64,000 nt of DNA from Tubulanus polymorphus (GCF_964204645.1 NC_134030.1:4816778-4880777), one strand, 5' to 3'; shown: positions 13,812-26,395, counted from the stretch's first letter. The notes: generated by a model from the sequence alone, not told the origin. Numbers and translations are program-made.

Positions 13812-14596
13812 TGTCAGGGTCGTATTAGAGAAATCTGAATGATCTGGTGTTTGAGTAAACTAACTGTCCTAACAGCATCAATTCAATCAGAGTACCAGTA
13901 ATGTTTTCATGGCTCAATATACCTGTTGATCCCACCATGCAAATTTATGCATTTATTTCCTAAGGCCGAAAAGCTTCTGTAATGCCATTCGAGCTATATG
14001 ATCGATATAGGCTATATAAAACAGCTAGTCAATCTAATTTACATCTCGGTAATTTAAAAGTTAAGTGTTGTTTAAATGTCAGTCTCTTTTTTTGATTAAT
14101 TTCTTGCTCACTCGTACCTGTCCTCCTGTGTAAATACAAACATTTTCTATACAAAGAAGATTTAATGAAATTGACTAAAATAATAATATTTCATAGTTTA
14201 ATAAGAAACTGAAGCCATTTATTTGTTTATTCGATTTCTTTACTCATTGATCATTGCTGATGAGCAACAAGATTTTCGGATTAGGTTTTTTGAGAAAATG
14301 GAGAATTATCAATCTCTACAGCCTGGAACCCTTTCATTTTCTATAAAAGTTTTTGAACTCAAGAATTGCCAAAAGGTGATAGTGTCTCGATGGCGGTTGT
14401 AGGAATGGAGGAGTTATTTCAGTGAAGAGGGAAGATGATGAACGGCAGACCCTCATCTAGATGATGGTAGACAGTACAAAATACAGAAACCAAAAAAAAA
14501 AATCACTAAAATCACTTTATTTGCAATACCCCAGGAAACTTATATACATGATTCATATGTGCATTTGGATGGTTCATATGTACATTCGGATGGATT

Positions 14597-16190
14597 CTAG
14601 CTTTTCACATTCAAAGCAATTAAATTGAGCAATTGTTTTTGATTATCTGGATCAAATAGGTAGAAATGACCGCCAGGAAAGTTTGTGTAAGTCACAGGAC
14701 CGGAAGTAATATCTGACCAACCTGAAATGACAATAAAGTTTAATAAATACATCGTTTAATCATGAAACATGGTACTAACAGTTGATATTACAACATATTA
14801 CGATCTCCCCTTGAAATGGTTGAGTCATGATGGCATTGGGTGGGGTCCCAATCCCTGAAATCAGCAGGATTGGTGTGAAAGGTAGTTGATAGTAATAATA
14901 CTCTGTGAATTCATATTTGTTTCATTTTAAGATATGTTTGCCAGCACTCAAGTGTTGTGAAAAACTGCATCTATGCTTTACCGGTACATAAAAGCAGATT
15001 TTTCAGACTGTGTTCAGATCATCAATTTTCCGCTTCTAGTTCTACTTACTATCGGTATTTGTACGTTCATCATCTATACCCATGATTACACTAATTGGGC
15101 ACCGTAATACTGGTTGAACTATCGCCTCCTCACAGCTATAAAGAGAAAATCACAATTACTGTAGTTAACTAACTTAGCTTTCTCAGTATCACATCCAGTT
15201 CATGCAGTACCTGTACTTTGAGATAACTTTGTAATCAGCTTTTAAACTTGGCAGAAACAATCGCAACATTTCACTATTTTCTATGATTTCTTTAGGAGTT
15301 CCACCTTTAAATGGAATAATCACTCATAAAAAATCTCTGGTTAACTTTTCTAAGAATAGATTCACATTTCAAATGTACACAAATACCTACCAACCTGAAT
15401 TAGATAATCAATTAACTCTTTATCATTATAATTTGAGATGGTCGTCCCAATTTTCCTCCAAGAGCTGGACTGAAAGATAACCAGTCGGCCAATAAATAAA
15501 CACGCTCAGAGTGGTGCAAACTTTGAATACTCTCTCTTACAGTTTAAATTGTGTACCTGAGGGCCACTTGCACCTGACACGAATATATGCTGCGGTTCTA
15601 TGTCATATTCTTTCTTCAATGCTTTCGCCAGTTCATAGCACATCAACCCGCCAAAACTGTAAACAAGAAATAGAAGGGAATTTCATACATCAAAATTTAA
15701 AACTATTTAAGAAGATTGTCCAGTAGCTCGGTGATGTGTGGGTTCAAATACCTGTGTCCAAATAATGCAAATTTTTTCTCTTTAAACGATTCGCCTATGG
15801 TATCAACGATTTCTTTGATCAGAGTTTCGTGGCTCGTGTGGTTCTTCTCAACAAATCTGTTTTCACGTCCCGGTAAACGTATAGCGTTAACTACAAGAAA
15901 AAAAAACAACTTTTGATTTTACACTCAATGACCATATAAAAGAATCCCTTATTTGCTTGCTCCACTGGCACTGGTTGGTGGGATTTAGCAACAGGTTTCT
16001 TGTTGCGCTGTTTGGTGTTTGAAAAAAGATACAATAAAAATATAAATATGAAGAAGAACTCGCCTTCAGTTTCTGGTAGGTGATTAGCCCATGATCGAAA
16101 GTAATATGTTCCACCTCCTGCCCACGGTAGACAAAATAAACGAATAGCAGAATTCGGGTTGATATGATGACAGCTGACGAGCCGGTCCAT
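14597..16190 (-). CDS. OLAH: Type II thioesterase / S-acyl fatty acid synthase thioesterase, medium chain (OLAH-like), 7 exons
   Basis: Motifs RLFCLPWAGGG, IRLPGRE, nucleophile GHSFG (split by intron 15657-15751), FVSGASGP, GGTPKEI, KADY and catalytic His motif FPGGHFYL. Stop TAG at 14597. The first intron is GC-AG. Confidence 0.88.
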
Positions 16191-16549
16191 ATCGTAGCGG
16201 TTAATGACAGTTTTGAATTTGTTGGGTGGTAATTAGCACGGCTGGCTCTACGTTCGATTCTCCGTATTTGAAATCCCTGATCGTATAACCATCGCTAATT
16301 TCCATCCGATCAAAAAACAAATCTAGGCCCAAATCTTTTGTACGGGTAGATCAATAGTCAAATGTTTTTTTTCACAAATCGCTAACACCCACGCGATGAT
16401 AACAAGGGAAGCGAAGCGCCTGTGCAATATATTGACATTGAATTGAATTGACTTCCGGGTTGATGTCATCGGCGTCTCGACCTTGACCTTATTCAGTCGA
16501 TGAGTTGGAAGCTGCTGCAGTAATTCTCATATCATCGGCGGCCTAAAAC
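16191..16549. promoter_or_regulatory. Putative bidirectional promoter between OLAH-like and tetraspanin genes
   Basis: Divergent ATGs are only ~360 bp apart. ETS/GABP-type ACTTCCGGG at 16451-16459 is followed by CRE-like TGATGTCA. Confidence 0.55.
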
Positions 16550-19500
16550 ATGGTTTGTGGTGGTTTTACGTGCTCGAAAAATGCATTAACTGCGCTGAAC
16601 GTGCTCTACATAGTAAGTGTTCATATCGTAGACTTTTGTTTCCGAACCTTGAGTATAGCTCGCCTCATATGACGACAACGATGGATGAGATTCATCATTT
16701 TCATGATTTCAATTCAATCAATCAAAAATCAAGAAATTTCTAGCACTACGTCCACTACGACCTCTCTCGACTCACGTTGAAATTACGAGAGAACTATTAA
16801 TAGGCCTATTGAAACTTCGAAACTTCAACCGCTAATTCCACAACTCGGGGTACAATGAAATTAGCAGGTTTAACTAATATAATAAATTAATATGGCGGAG
16901 AGAGGGGCCTGACATTGATCGTGTCAAAACTGAAAGTCAAAATACTGAACCGGCATCATCGATCGCCAACTTCACGGCACCATATCCACTAATAAGTCCA
17001 GGAGGAAATGGCAGCCAGTTCTGTCTTCATCATCAATACGGATGGAGGCCAGGTAGAGGCCTATTGGTGTCCGGCACATTTGGTAGTTAATATCGGTTTA
17101 GGTGACAGGGTTTCTAATAAGATGTTTTCTCACTCAGATTGATATTAATTTCATTACGAATAATTGGTATATTTTTGATTACTTAAAACATTGAATTGTT
17201 AAGTTCAATAATAGTCATGTTTTTTTTCTGATTCAGCGATTACATTCTTGGTTTACGTTTTTGTTTTTCAGGTAGTAGCGTTCATTTTGATCGGAGTCGC
17301 AGCGTATGGTCGCGCTATCGCCATAGTAACAAGTTTAGCGATTGTTGGTGGTATAATCGCATGCGGAGTATTTTTACTATTTATAGCTCTTATCGGTCTG
17401 TTCGGAGCCATCAAACATCACCAAGTTCTTCTCTTCTTTGTATCCTTTTTATTGATATGGCAGTATTAAATCTGGATTAGAATTTTAAGCTTGAAATAGT
17501 TCATTTACAATATGTTTAATTCTCACTTGACCAATTTATATTTGTAACCGTCCATGAGCTGTGGAACTGGGCCCCAGGCTATAAGCTCTAGAGTTATTTT
17601 CAATTCAATACAAATTGACAAAGCCTAGAATCCTTATTGGTAAATCAAGACAACAACGATGATTAAATTTTCATGATTTTTCGCATTGCATCGATGCTCC
17701 ACAACTTACAGAGATATTTACCAGTATTTCTGACTGTATTCATTTTTTGGTCCTACAGTACTGTTTTTGAATCTTAACGAAATCCCTCTATAGTATATGA
17801 TCATTCTGTTTTTGTTGTTCCTGATACAATTCGCGATCGCCTGCGCTTGTATCGCGTTCAGCCCGAGCCAACAGCAAAAATTCCTCCAGCAGGGATGGAA
17901 GATCTCAACGGATACTACGAAAAACGAAGTCCAGAACGCTTTCAACTGCTGCGGATTCATGGACCAAAGTGATATGACTAGTAACTTAGGTCATCCGAAA
18001 TGCGCTGGACACAATGTAGGTTGATACACTAGCAGACCTTAATCAATCTATAGCCTGGAAGCACCCTTTCACATATTCATCATTATGATTATAGTCTTGA
18101 AGATCCTTGTTATGAGTGCCTTATGTCTAATGTAGTCGATATGATTTAATTTGATTTGAGTTCATTTTCTTATAAATCCGCCCCGAACACTTGTGAACTC
18201 TGGATGATCACTTTCTGAAAATGCGTTGATGATATGTCTTAAGTCTGAATCGAAATACTGAATTAGCATGTGAAGAATTAACCATCGAAAATGTGAGGAA
18301 TTGAAATCTCGGATACTTAGAATATATCATTTTCTATGTTTTATTCAGAAATGTTGCGTAGGCAGCGACGCTCAATGCTGTACCGGCATTGCATCGACGA
18401 CTAATACAACGCAGACGCCATGTCCGTGTAAAAACTGTCTCGATGTGATTAAGCCAAATATAAACAAAGTACTGAAGACGACCGGTGGTGTGGGATTATT
18501 CTTCAGTTTCACTGAGGTATTTATAAATCCCGGACATTTCTTTCGCATTCTAAAAGAATTTCAATTCCATTTCGTATCTGAACAAAAAGAAGATTTGAAG
18601 AAACGTCAAATGTGAAAGTTGGTAGATTTTGTTACGAGGTTTTAACTGTATGTTTGTTTGTTTGTTTTGTGTTATGAGTTTAGGTTTGTATTTTGAGAGT
18701 TGTTCATTTGAGAGTTTATATTGAAGTTGTATCGCTCACTGTAATATTGTTAATAGCACACGCATCCTGATCACTGAATAGCATGGTTTGAACCCCGACC
18801 CTACCATCCTCGTCTTGGCCTGCTACCTGCCAAAATATGTGCTCCAACATTAACTAACACAGGAATGAATTCGATATGTTATTTAGCCTACCCTCAGGAA
18901 TTATAAGGAAATGTTATGTTGTGACACACAAACACACGTAATTACGTTTATATATCGGGCTCCAGTTGAACAATTCCTGACATATGTTAAAAACTTCATC
19001 TTCATTCTTAGGACTAAAGCTACGTTCACATGTGTTTTTGAACTGGGCCAAATTTGGCCTGTTACCGATTAGGCCAGGGCTAATTGTTCACAAAATTTAG
19101 CCAAATTTAGCCTGGCCAAAAACGTCTGACCAAGACTTGTGCCAAATTTTAAGGGCAAGTCATGATTGCGTGTGAACGTTAACTGGTTCTCAAAGTGACT
19201 CACCCAATGATAGCAGTTTTAGTTACAAGTGAATGATTTACGTGTCCAATCAAGCATGGGCCAAGTTTAATTTGGGGTCTGGTGCAGATCAGTTTGACCC
19301 AGGCTAAATCCATGAGATGTGGCTTAGTTTTAAGTCTTCAGATTTTGGCCATGAATCCAAGATGGACTTCAATGCAAACTCAAGTATTATTTTGATGTAA
19401 TTCACTATTTATTAATCAAATTCATTGATTAATCTGTTCATATCCTAATGAAGAGACTATTGCCATGGAAGCATCTGTCAATTCTGAAACTGAAGTCGCC

Positions 19501-19685
19501 ATATACACTAGTTAAGGAGCAAACAACACCCATATCGAACTGGCTAGAAATCTTTTTATTATGAAATGTAGTTGCCATTTTCTTGATTTTGTGGATTGTT
19601 TTTGTTGCAGATTTTAGGCGTTTGGCTCACAATTCGTTACCGAAATCAAAAGGATCCGCGAGCGAATCCTAGCGCATTCCTATAA
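16550..19685 (+). CDS. TSPAN13: Tetraspanin-13/31 ortholog; exons 16550-16612, 17272-17439, 17794-18015, 18349-18516, 19611-19685 (alternative last exon 21325-21399)
   Basis: Starts [21 protein letters not shown]; contains [18 protein letters not shown], the CCG motif and [11 protein letters not shown]; ends [16 protein letters not shown], which is diagnostic of TSPAN13/31. Confidence 0.92.
17440..17793 (+). other. U12-type (minor spliceosome) GT-AG intron in the tetraspanin
   Basis: 5' splice site GTATCCTTTT, branch site TCTTAAC at 17772-17778 about 15 nt before the AG, and no strong polypyrimidine tract. The reading frame joins LLFF|YMII. Confidence 0.88.
19017..19184. mobile_element. Intronic MITE, PIF/Harbinger-like ends
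   Basis: Left end AGCTACGTTCACA versus right end TGTGAACGTTAACT; internal tggcc/ggcca sub-repeats. Confidence 0.4.
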
Positions 19686-20670
19686 CACATTAGCCACGTA
19701 TACATAAAACACGAAAACCTTTTTATAGTGGTATTTATTTATCATCTATTATACATTTGTTGTATATTTTATTACTGCATAGTGCTAATCATATCAGCAC
19801 CTTCTATGATTGTGATTATACAGCGTAGATCAATTGAAACCTCGGTGAAACCATTTTAGGGGTCAAATTGAACTCGAGCTCACATTTATTGACTCGATTA
19901 TTGACTTATTCTTCAGAATGGGTTCTACGAGGTTTCCATTGTTTAAACGGACTATCTTCTATCATTACTAGATTAGAAATTTCGATCATCCTCAAGTTAT
20001 TATCGATTAAGATCTGCGATGATTCGAATGACAAATTAGCTCTGCTTTTGATTTTGGCCCTTCATAGAGCTTCATGACACATGAATACTTACTATTTTGA
20101 AAGCTGTGTTTTTATGTGTTTCTCAGTGTATTTGATACAGTTAAGTGGAATCTTGTTATAGTGGACTCGGATGCATTTCCCTCGTATAAACGGATACTGG
20201 TTTGCTAGAGTTTGCTGTATTGAGGTTCCGCCGTAAATAGTTTATAAAGGAGAAAAACTAGTCCGTTGAATTTTGATCGCGGTTTCAGAGGCACGAGAAA
20301 GAATATGTTGTAATTGTTTTAATGCATGAAGTGTGTCATAGGTGGCGGTGCTAGTACCTTCTAACGAAACACACACTTAACAAAAATCACCGGTTTTTGT
20401 TTTGATCGAACGATTGCGTGAAAGCAATGAAAGAATTCTTTATTTCCGTGTAACAGTAATTGTTTCATTGTGATATTTGATTTCACCATTAGAATCTCGG
20501 ATGAATGATGAGTTGAAATCAATTTAAACTATGGTAGTTGCAGTCCATAGTATATGAAAGACCCGCTTATATTGAGAATAAACATCGAAAAATCTGTCAG
20601 TGTAACAAATTTTATCATACTATAATAAAATTTGTTGACAAATTGACACACTGACAGATTTAATATTCAA

Positions 20671-20852
20671 TGACGAGAGAAATCCCACAACGATTCAGTC
20701 CGAGATGAAAAATTCTTGAATGGAAGAGAATTTATTAAGAGCGACCTTTCGGCTAAACACTATTATTGTAATAGTGTTTAGCCGAAAGGTCGCTCTCTTC
20801 TATTCAAGAATTTTTCATCTCAGACTGAATCATTGTCGGATTTCTCTCGTCA
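20671..20852. repeat. ~180-bp near-perfect inverted repeat (foldback); a smaller hairpin at ~20590-20661
   Basis: TGACGAGAGAAATCC..GATTCAGTC.GAGATGAAAAATTCTTGAAT..AGAGCGACCTTTCGGCTAAACACTATTA pairs with its reverse complement across a tiny loop, with one 11-nt bulge. Confidence 0.9.
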
Positions 20853-21324
20853 TCCATCTTACACGGATATTGTGTGTAACTTCTCGACTCTTAATATTCA
20901 ATATTGCAGGTCTTTTATATAGTGATAAGTTTATTGTTTGATTCTGTTCTTAAGTTTTGATATTTTCATTCCAATTCTGTCCAACCGTTTTTCATTAAAC
21001 TATAATGAGGTTCTATGATATGTAATGAGATTATGCATGTGCATGATTGTTTTTATAAATCCTTGAATGAAAAGTAATGATTTTTATCATCGACAATTCG
21101 TTGCTATATTCTGAGTTGATAATCAGTCCCTGATTTGAGTACAAATGGCAGATATAAAGAAAGAATGAATCTAACAGTCGTGAATTCACTAAGCAGATTC
21201 AACGGACCTGCTCAACCAAGCCTCGGAATTATAAAGAGAAAAAGATCTTCATTAGTTAGAGTACCACATAGTAGGTTGAAATCCGATAATTAATACCTTT
21301 CTTTTTATTTATTTTTTTCGACAG

Positions 21325-21399
21325 ATAATCGGAGTATGGTTAGCATTAAGATACCGAAACCAGAAAGACCCGCGCGCGAACCCGAGCGCATTTCTATAA
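21325..21399 (+). CDS. TSPAN13: Duplicated alternative terminal coding exon of the tetraspanin ([24 protein letters not shown])
   Basis: Strong acceptor tttatttttttcgacag. Same length (75 nt) and phase as exon 19611-19685, with 21 of 24 amino acids identical. Confidence 0.88.
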   Translation: MIGVWLALRYRNQKDPRANPSAFL

Positions 21400-21742
21400 T
21401 GATTACGGATATAAATGATTATTAAACTGACAACAAACGCCTAGCAACAGTTGCCATGGATGATACGAGAGCAACAATGATATACGAACAATATCAAACC
21501 CTTTCTCGGATCAGTCAAGGCGTAGTGACATTTGCAGATCTGGTTTTTGGCGAAATTTTGTTTTTGATAATGATGATGATGATGATGAAAAGTGAATTTC
21601 CTTTCATTTCGTGTGTTTGACCCGAAAAGGGGTTTGTATTCGTTTCATTTGATATATTTATAATTGATCAGGGGAGAAGTTTTTTCACCAGTGCTTGTGT
21701 TAATTGATGAATCTTTCGTTTCTTGAGTGACGTGTAGTAGTG

Positions 21743-22080
21743 TTAAGCGCGGCGCACACCTTTGCGATTGATCGTTTGATTGCTTCATCGCATGGTTGTA
21801 TCGCATCATCGTAAAGGTATGCGGTGGCATCCGGGGCCGATTGCATCACATGTTGAATATTTCGCATGCGATTTTTTCGGCGCGATAAAAATCGTCAAGG
21901 TGTGCGGGCTACACTGCCGATGTTCTGAACGAAAGTTTTTATTGGCCAATCAGAATAAAGGATGAAGCAGTCACATGATGCTGCAAATGGCGGGTATCAC
22001 AGAGGTATGCGGGGATGATGCGGTTTCATTGCATGCGATGATACGATGACAATGATCGCAAAGGTGTGCGCCCGGCTTTA
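21743..22080. mobile_element. MITE with ~25-bp terminal inverted repeats (PIF/Harbinger-like)
   Basis: Left end ttaAGCGCGGCGCACACCTTTGCGAT versus right end ATCGCAAAGGTGTGCGCCCGGCTtta; internal sub-repeats (aaggtgtgcg, gcatgcgat). Confidence 0.65.
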
Positions 22081-24067
22081 TTCTAGCTGTGTTACGACCA
22101 TATCGATAAAAGTTTTTGTAAAAGTTGTCTTCTTTTCAATGGCATTTTGGAAATCGAATTAAAAAAGTTAGTCATAATATGAAAGTTCGCTAGGTGAATT
22201 ATTTGTGCTTATTTGTTTACTGTAATTGACATCACCGAGGAATGGTTTCATAGACTGGTATATTGTCTTGAATTTTCAATTCAATTGAGGATGAATTGCA
22301 TTGATTCCCAGGTTTATTACCAGTCTATGAGCCCAGGTTCAAAGTTTTGTTTATATACATGTACTTGTATACATATTTGAATTAAATGTAGTAAGTTTGT
22401 TGAAAAGTTGACATGTAGCTGGCCTCTGTGGGGGCCATATTTACTTGTGCTAATTCGTATGATATAATTCGCCTCTTGTTGTTTCGAAATATTTCCAAAG
22501 TAAAAAAAAAACTGTTAATGATATGCAAACACAATGTTTTACAATGGAAGTGAAAAAAGTAAGATGTTTGACTGTCTGTAACTTTGTCACACGTGGTTAG
22601 AGTTTAGCTGTAGAACTGTTTAACTGACCTATGATGCACAGTATGGTTTATCGTTTGCACGCTTACCACTCATCATATCCTGCGCTGTGCCTATTTGTTT
22701 AGACCTAGAATGCGTAGATACACTCACCTTCTCGGACCCCATTAGAATGAAAAATAACTTCAAAGAACAAAACGCGTGCTGGTATATGTTTCTTCCTGGT
22801 CGAGTCAAGAATTTTATCAATTGTCAAAAACCGATTACGTTTCTGATGGCTTGGCTATGATTCCTTGAGGACTTAAAAATTCATAGCCATGTTAAGGATA
22901 TAAAGATACATGAGAATTGCTCTTATTTTCTAGTCTGAGTCATTTATTCTCTTTAACTGTCATGACTTCAGAATAATTTGCATACCTAAATATATTTATA
23001 TCAATATGACGTATATTATATATATCCGTAGTTCATTCGTATGAAAACTAAAACAAAGATAAAAAATCAGTATTCATGATTTGTATACATTGCATATATG
23101 TCTTTGTGGAACATTCCATATTTAAAGTTAGTCTGGCTTCTTATGATAAGATTTTTGTAACCTTCCATAAACACTGAGTTGTAAGGATAGTGTATATGAC
23201 CCGTCAAATGTTGAAGATACCGATAACACAGTAGATTCCAACCTTTACTGTCACCTCTGAAAAACTGCTCAAGTCGGTGAATTTTACTAAGTATTCAGAG
23301 TAAGTTTGAGTCAACCGTATAAACTGTTTTGTTTGTCTAGTACCTCAAAGAAGGAAATACCTTATCAGAGTTTTGAGTACAGAGTCGGCGTGTTCATACA
23401 CGTGTTAATACATGTTTTCAATGTATCGAAGATAATCTATGAACTTATATATATATATATCCAGAGTCTCCACTATCACTGAAACCCGAAACAGCTGCAG
23501 AAACTTGAGCCTTGAGCCTGTTACAAATAATTCAATTCATTTTGCAAAATTTCATTATTCGCGGCCATAGATGAGCATTTATTTGACTTTCAGACAGAAA
23601 ATTGACTGAATATCATTATTTCGCTTCTGCCACTGTTATGGATTTCAAAGGTTATTGTTTAACTTATTTACATTTATATGCATTACATACAAGTAATAAC
23701 GTACCTATCTATGTAAATGTATGTATATTTAGTATGTATATAATAGGGATAATGATTGTTTAGAGTATGTGTATTGGATCTCTTGTAAATATTTTCATCA
23801 AACAGCAGTAAGAACTAGAAAGGAATATCACCTGCACTGAATCCTATTATTCATTAAGCCGTCGGTTTCGCTACTGATTCTGAATTGATTGCGATTTAAT
23901 TTTTTCATCAAATGTCCATCATCAAATTTATTGAGTATTTGCAGAAACTGACCCCATGATTGCACACTGCACAAATGAACATGCTGGATTAAGTATCAAA
24001 TATTTTTTATATCACCAATTGTCATTAATCTGAGTTTAAGTTGCATTAACACCCTTTTTACAATGAT

Positions 24068-24553
24068 AAAGAGCTGTTAGCTGTCTACTGTCTATAGATA
24101 CAGAGCTTAGCTGTCTGTTTATAGATACATAGCTGTAAGCTGTCTGTCTATAGATACAGAGCTGTTAGCTGTCTGTCTATAGATACAGAGCTGTTAGCTG
24201 TCTGTCTATAGATACAGAGCTGTTAGCTGTCTGTCTATAGATACAGAGCTGTTAGCTGTCTGTTTATAGATACAGAGCTGTTAGCAGTCTGTCTATAGAT
24301 ACAGAGCTGTTAGCTGACTGTCTATAGATACAGAGCTGTCTGTCTATAGATACAGAGCTGTTAGCTGTCTGTCTATAGATACAGAGCTGTTAGCTGTCTG
24401 TCTATAGATACAGAGCTGTTAGCTGTCTGTCTATAGATACAGAGCTGTTTGCTGTCTGTCTATAGATACAGAGCTGTTAGTTGTCTGTTTATAGAAACAG
24501 AGCTGTTAGCTGTCTGTCTATAGATACAGAGCCGTTTGCTGTCTGTTTATAGA
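24068..24553. repeat. 29-bp minisatellite, ~16-17 copies (ATAGATACAGAGCTGTTAGCTGTCTGTCT)
   Basis: Directly visible head-to-tail repeats with no spacers. Confidence 0.95.
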
Positions 24554-24579
24554 TCTGGATTTTAGTATTAACCCAGACA

Positions 24580-24980
24580 TTATTATTGTAACTTATCAGC
24601 ATATTTGAAACTTCAAACCCAATATGATTAGATTATGTCTTATTCTCTAATTATCGTGTCCTTGATTCTAAAATACATTGTTGGCAACTGCTCTGTAACT
24701 GTGCTGCGGTTATGAGTAATATCAGGGCCAATAATAATAATAGATGTCCCTGGTGAATACAGGTAGTGATGCTTGCCCTTATGGCTAGGTTTCGAAGCCA
24801 GCACTAACCTCGGATGTATGTTTCGTTTCATTGATTGCACACATATTATGAAGTCAGATGTGTGTGTATCAGAAGTTTTATTTTCTTTGTTTATCAATTT
24901 ATGGATTTTGGGATGATTTTTGTGTATTATATATTGATGATGTACCCTTTCAAAACTGCTTTTAATAAAAGAATGATTTA
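24580..24980 (-). mobile_element. Dispersed ~400-bp repeat (SINE-like) attached to the minisatellite; second copy ~27620-28045 in the sulfotransferase intron
   Basis: Shared blocks aaacttcaaac..atatgatta, ggctaggtttcgaa.ccag.actaacct (B-box-like GGTTCGAAACC on the minus strand) and caaaactgcttttaat.aaagaatgatt. Confidence 0.6.
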
Positions 24981-25230
24981 AGGAATCTTATAGTATTCTG
25001 TTAGAAAAATAGAACTATCGCCTGAATTGTCTTCGATCATACGTGCAGGGCCATAGCTTCAGTGATACCATGGAATAAATCTAGTTTATACGTCCATGGT
25101 GATACCAAACCTTAAGACCCCTCTAAACATAAGAACCTTAGAGTTTCTGTGATACCCACACTTATCACTTGCATCAGGAGGCTTAATCCATATTTTGCAA
25201 TTACGCAAAAGTGAAATTTACTTCTGATAA

Positions 25231-25449
25231 GGCCAAAAAAAATTGATACCTTGTTTCTCCGCTCTGCTGAGCTTAAATGCTGACCCGGTCGGCCGCCTAT
25301 CTACCCTATACATTACTTTTTTAAAATCGTGATCAATTTCACCATAACAGACCCGGCCGCTATAGAAATGAACTGTTTATAAATTTTATCATATTTTACA
25401 AAAATGACCCGGCCGCTGCGGAGAAACAATGTATCATTTTTGTTTAGCC
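25231..25449. mobile_element. MITE with TAA target-site duplication (PIF/Harbinger-type)
   Basis: TAA-GGCCAAAAAAAATTGATACCTTGTTTCTCCGC ... GCGGAGAAACAATGTATCATTTTTGTTTAGCC-TAA; internal gacccggccgct sub-repeats. Confidence 0.8.
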
Positions 25450-26395
25450 TAATATCCGCTTTCGTAGTTGCCGCTTGGTTTTTTGTCGCGTTGTTCTCGA
25501 TTCTTCTGTCGCCGTTTTGGAACGTTCCCCCCTGAAGGATGGGCGGGTTGATATTGCCTTTGCGACGCTAGCACCCTTACTTTTTCTTCCAATTTTTCTA
25601 CCCGCATCGAATTTTTCTTGACGTCAAGTGTCAGTTGATTGAATGCATTTTCTATTCCAATGGCTCGTTTAGTGCGGTCTTCCAGGTCGTCGCAACGGAT
25701 TTTTGTGTCATTAAGTTCTCGCTTCAATGAAGGTAATTCAACGTGTAACCTTTGCAATTCAGTATGACTTTCGGTATCACGGATTGGTAAATTGACTTTA
25801 AACGACTGGTAGATCTTTTGTCGTGTGCACATCACATGAAGCCCCCACATGAATGGATACGGGTTTGCTTTGTACTCCGACGCCATATCTTGATCTTTAC
25901 ATTTAACTACAAACCTTTGCTTCATTGGGCTATGGCTTATTGCCATAGGTTTGTACGGTACTGTGATTCCCGGGGGAATTTCTCTCCAATCTAAATTCAC
26001 CTAAGATTGAAAAAGAACACGTTCATTTAAAGATATGTTTTATACGTGACCGTGCGAAATTGTAATAAGTGATCTTTATTTACAGTTAAACCTACCTCAT
26101 CAATCGGTATCATTTGAACAGTGAATCGGATTGTCTCACCGCAGTACTCTTTCAGTTTCTTAACTATCATCGTTTCCAGTTCATCCGTCCACAATGTCAA
26201 AACCATTTCCAGTAGATCACCATGTGTGACGAGTAGACCGCAATTGAAATCGAATAACGGATCGTAGAAATATTTTCGTATTGCTCCAACTTCTTGATTC
26301 TGCGAATCCTCTGACCAAACATTTACCTTTCGACCATTGTAAGACACCGAAATTTCATGTTTATAACCATTAGCAGTTGCCACGCTTGAACCCAT
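25449..26395 (-). CDS. Uncharacterised two-exon protein (~283 aa) with C-terminal coiled coil; exons 26395-26096 and 26000-25449
   Basis: A GT-AG intron at 26095-26001 (phase 0) joins ...QMIPIDE|VNLDW.... Heptad-rich LQRLHVELPSLKRELND...VEKLEEKVRVL region. Upstream acceptor at 26411. Confidence 0.65.

Noticed and set aside
24068-24553. CRISPR-like array (29-bp repeats)
   Set aside because: Repeats are head-to-tail without unique spacers, in a eukaryotic context with no cas genes; this is a minisatellite.
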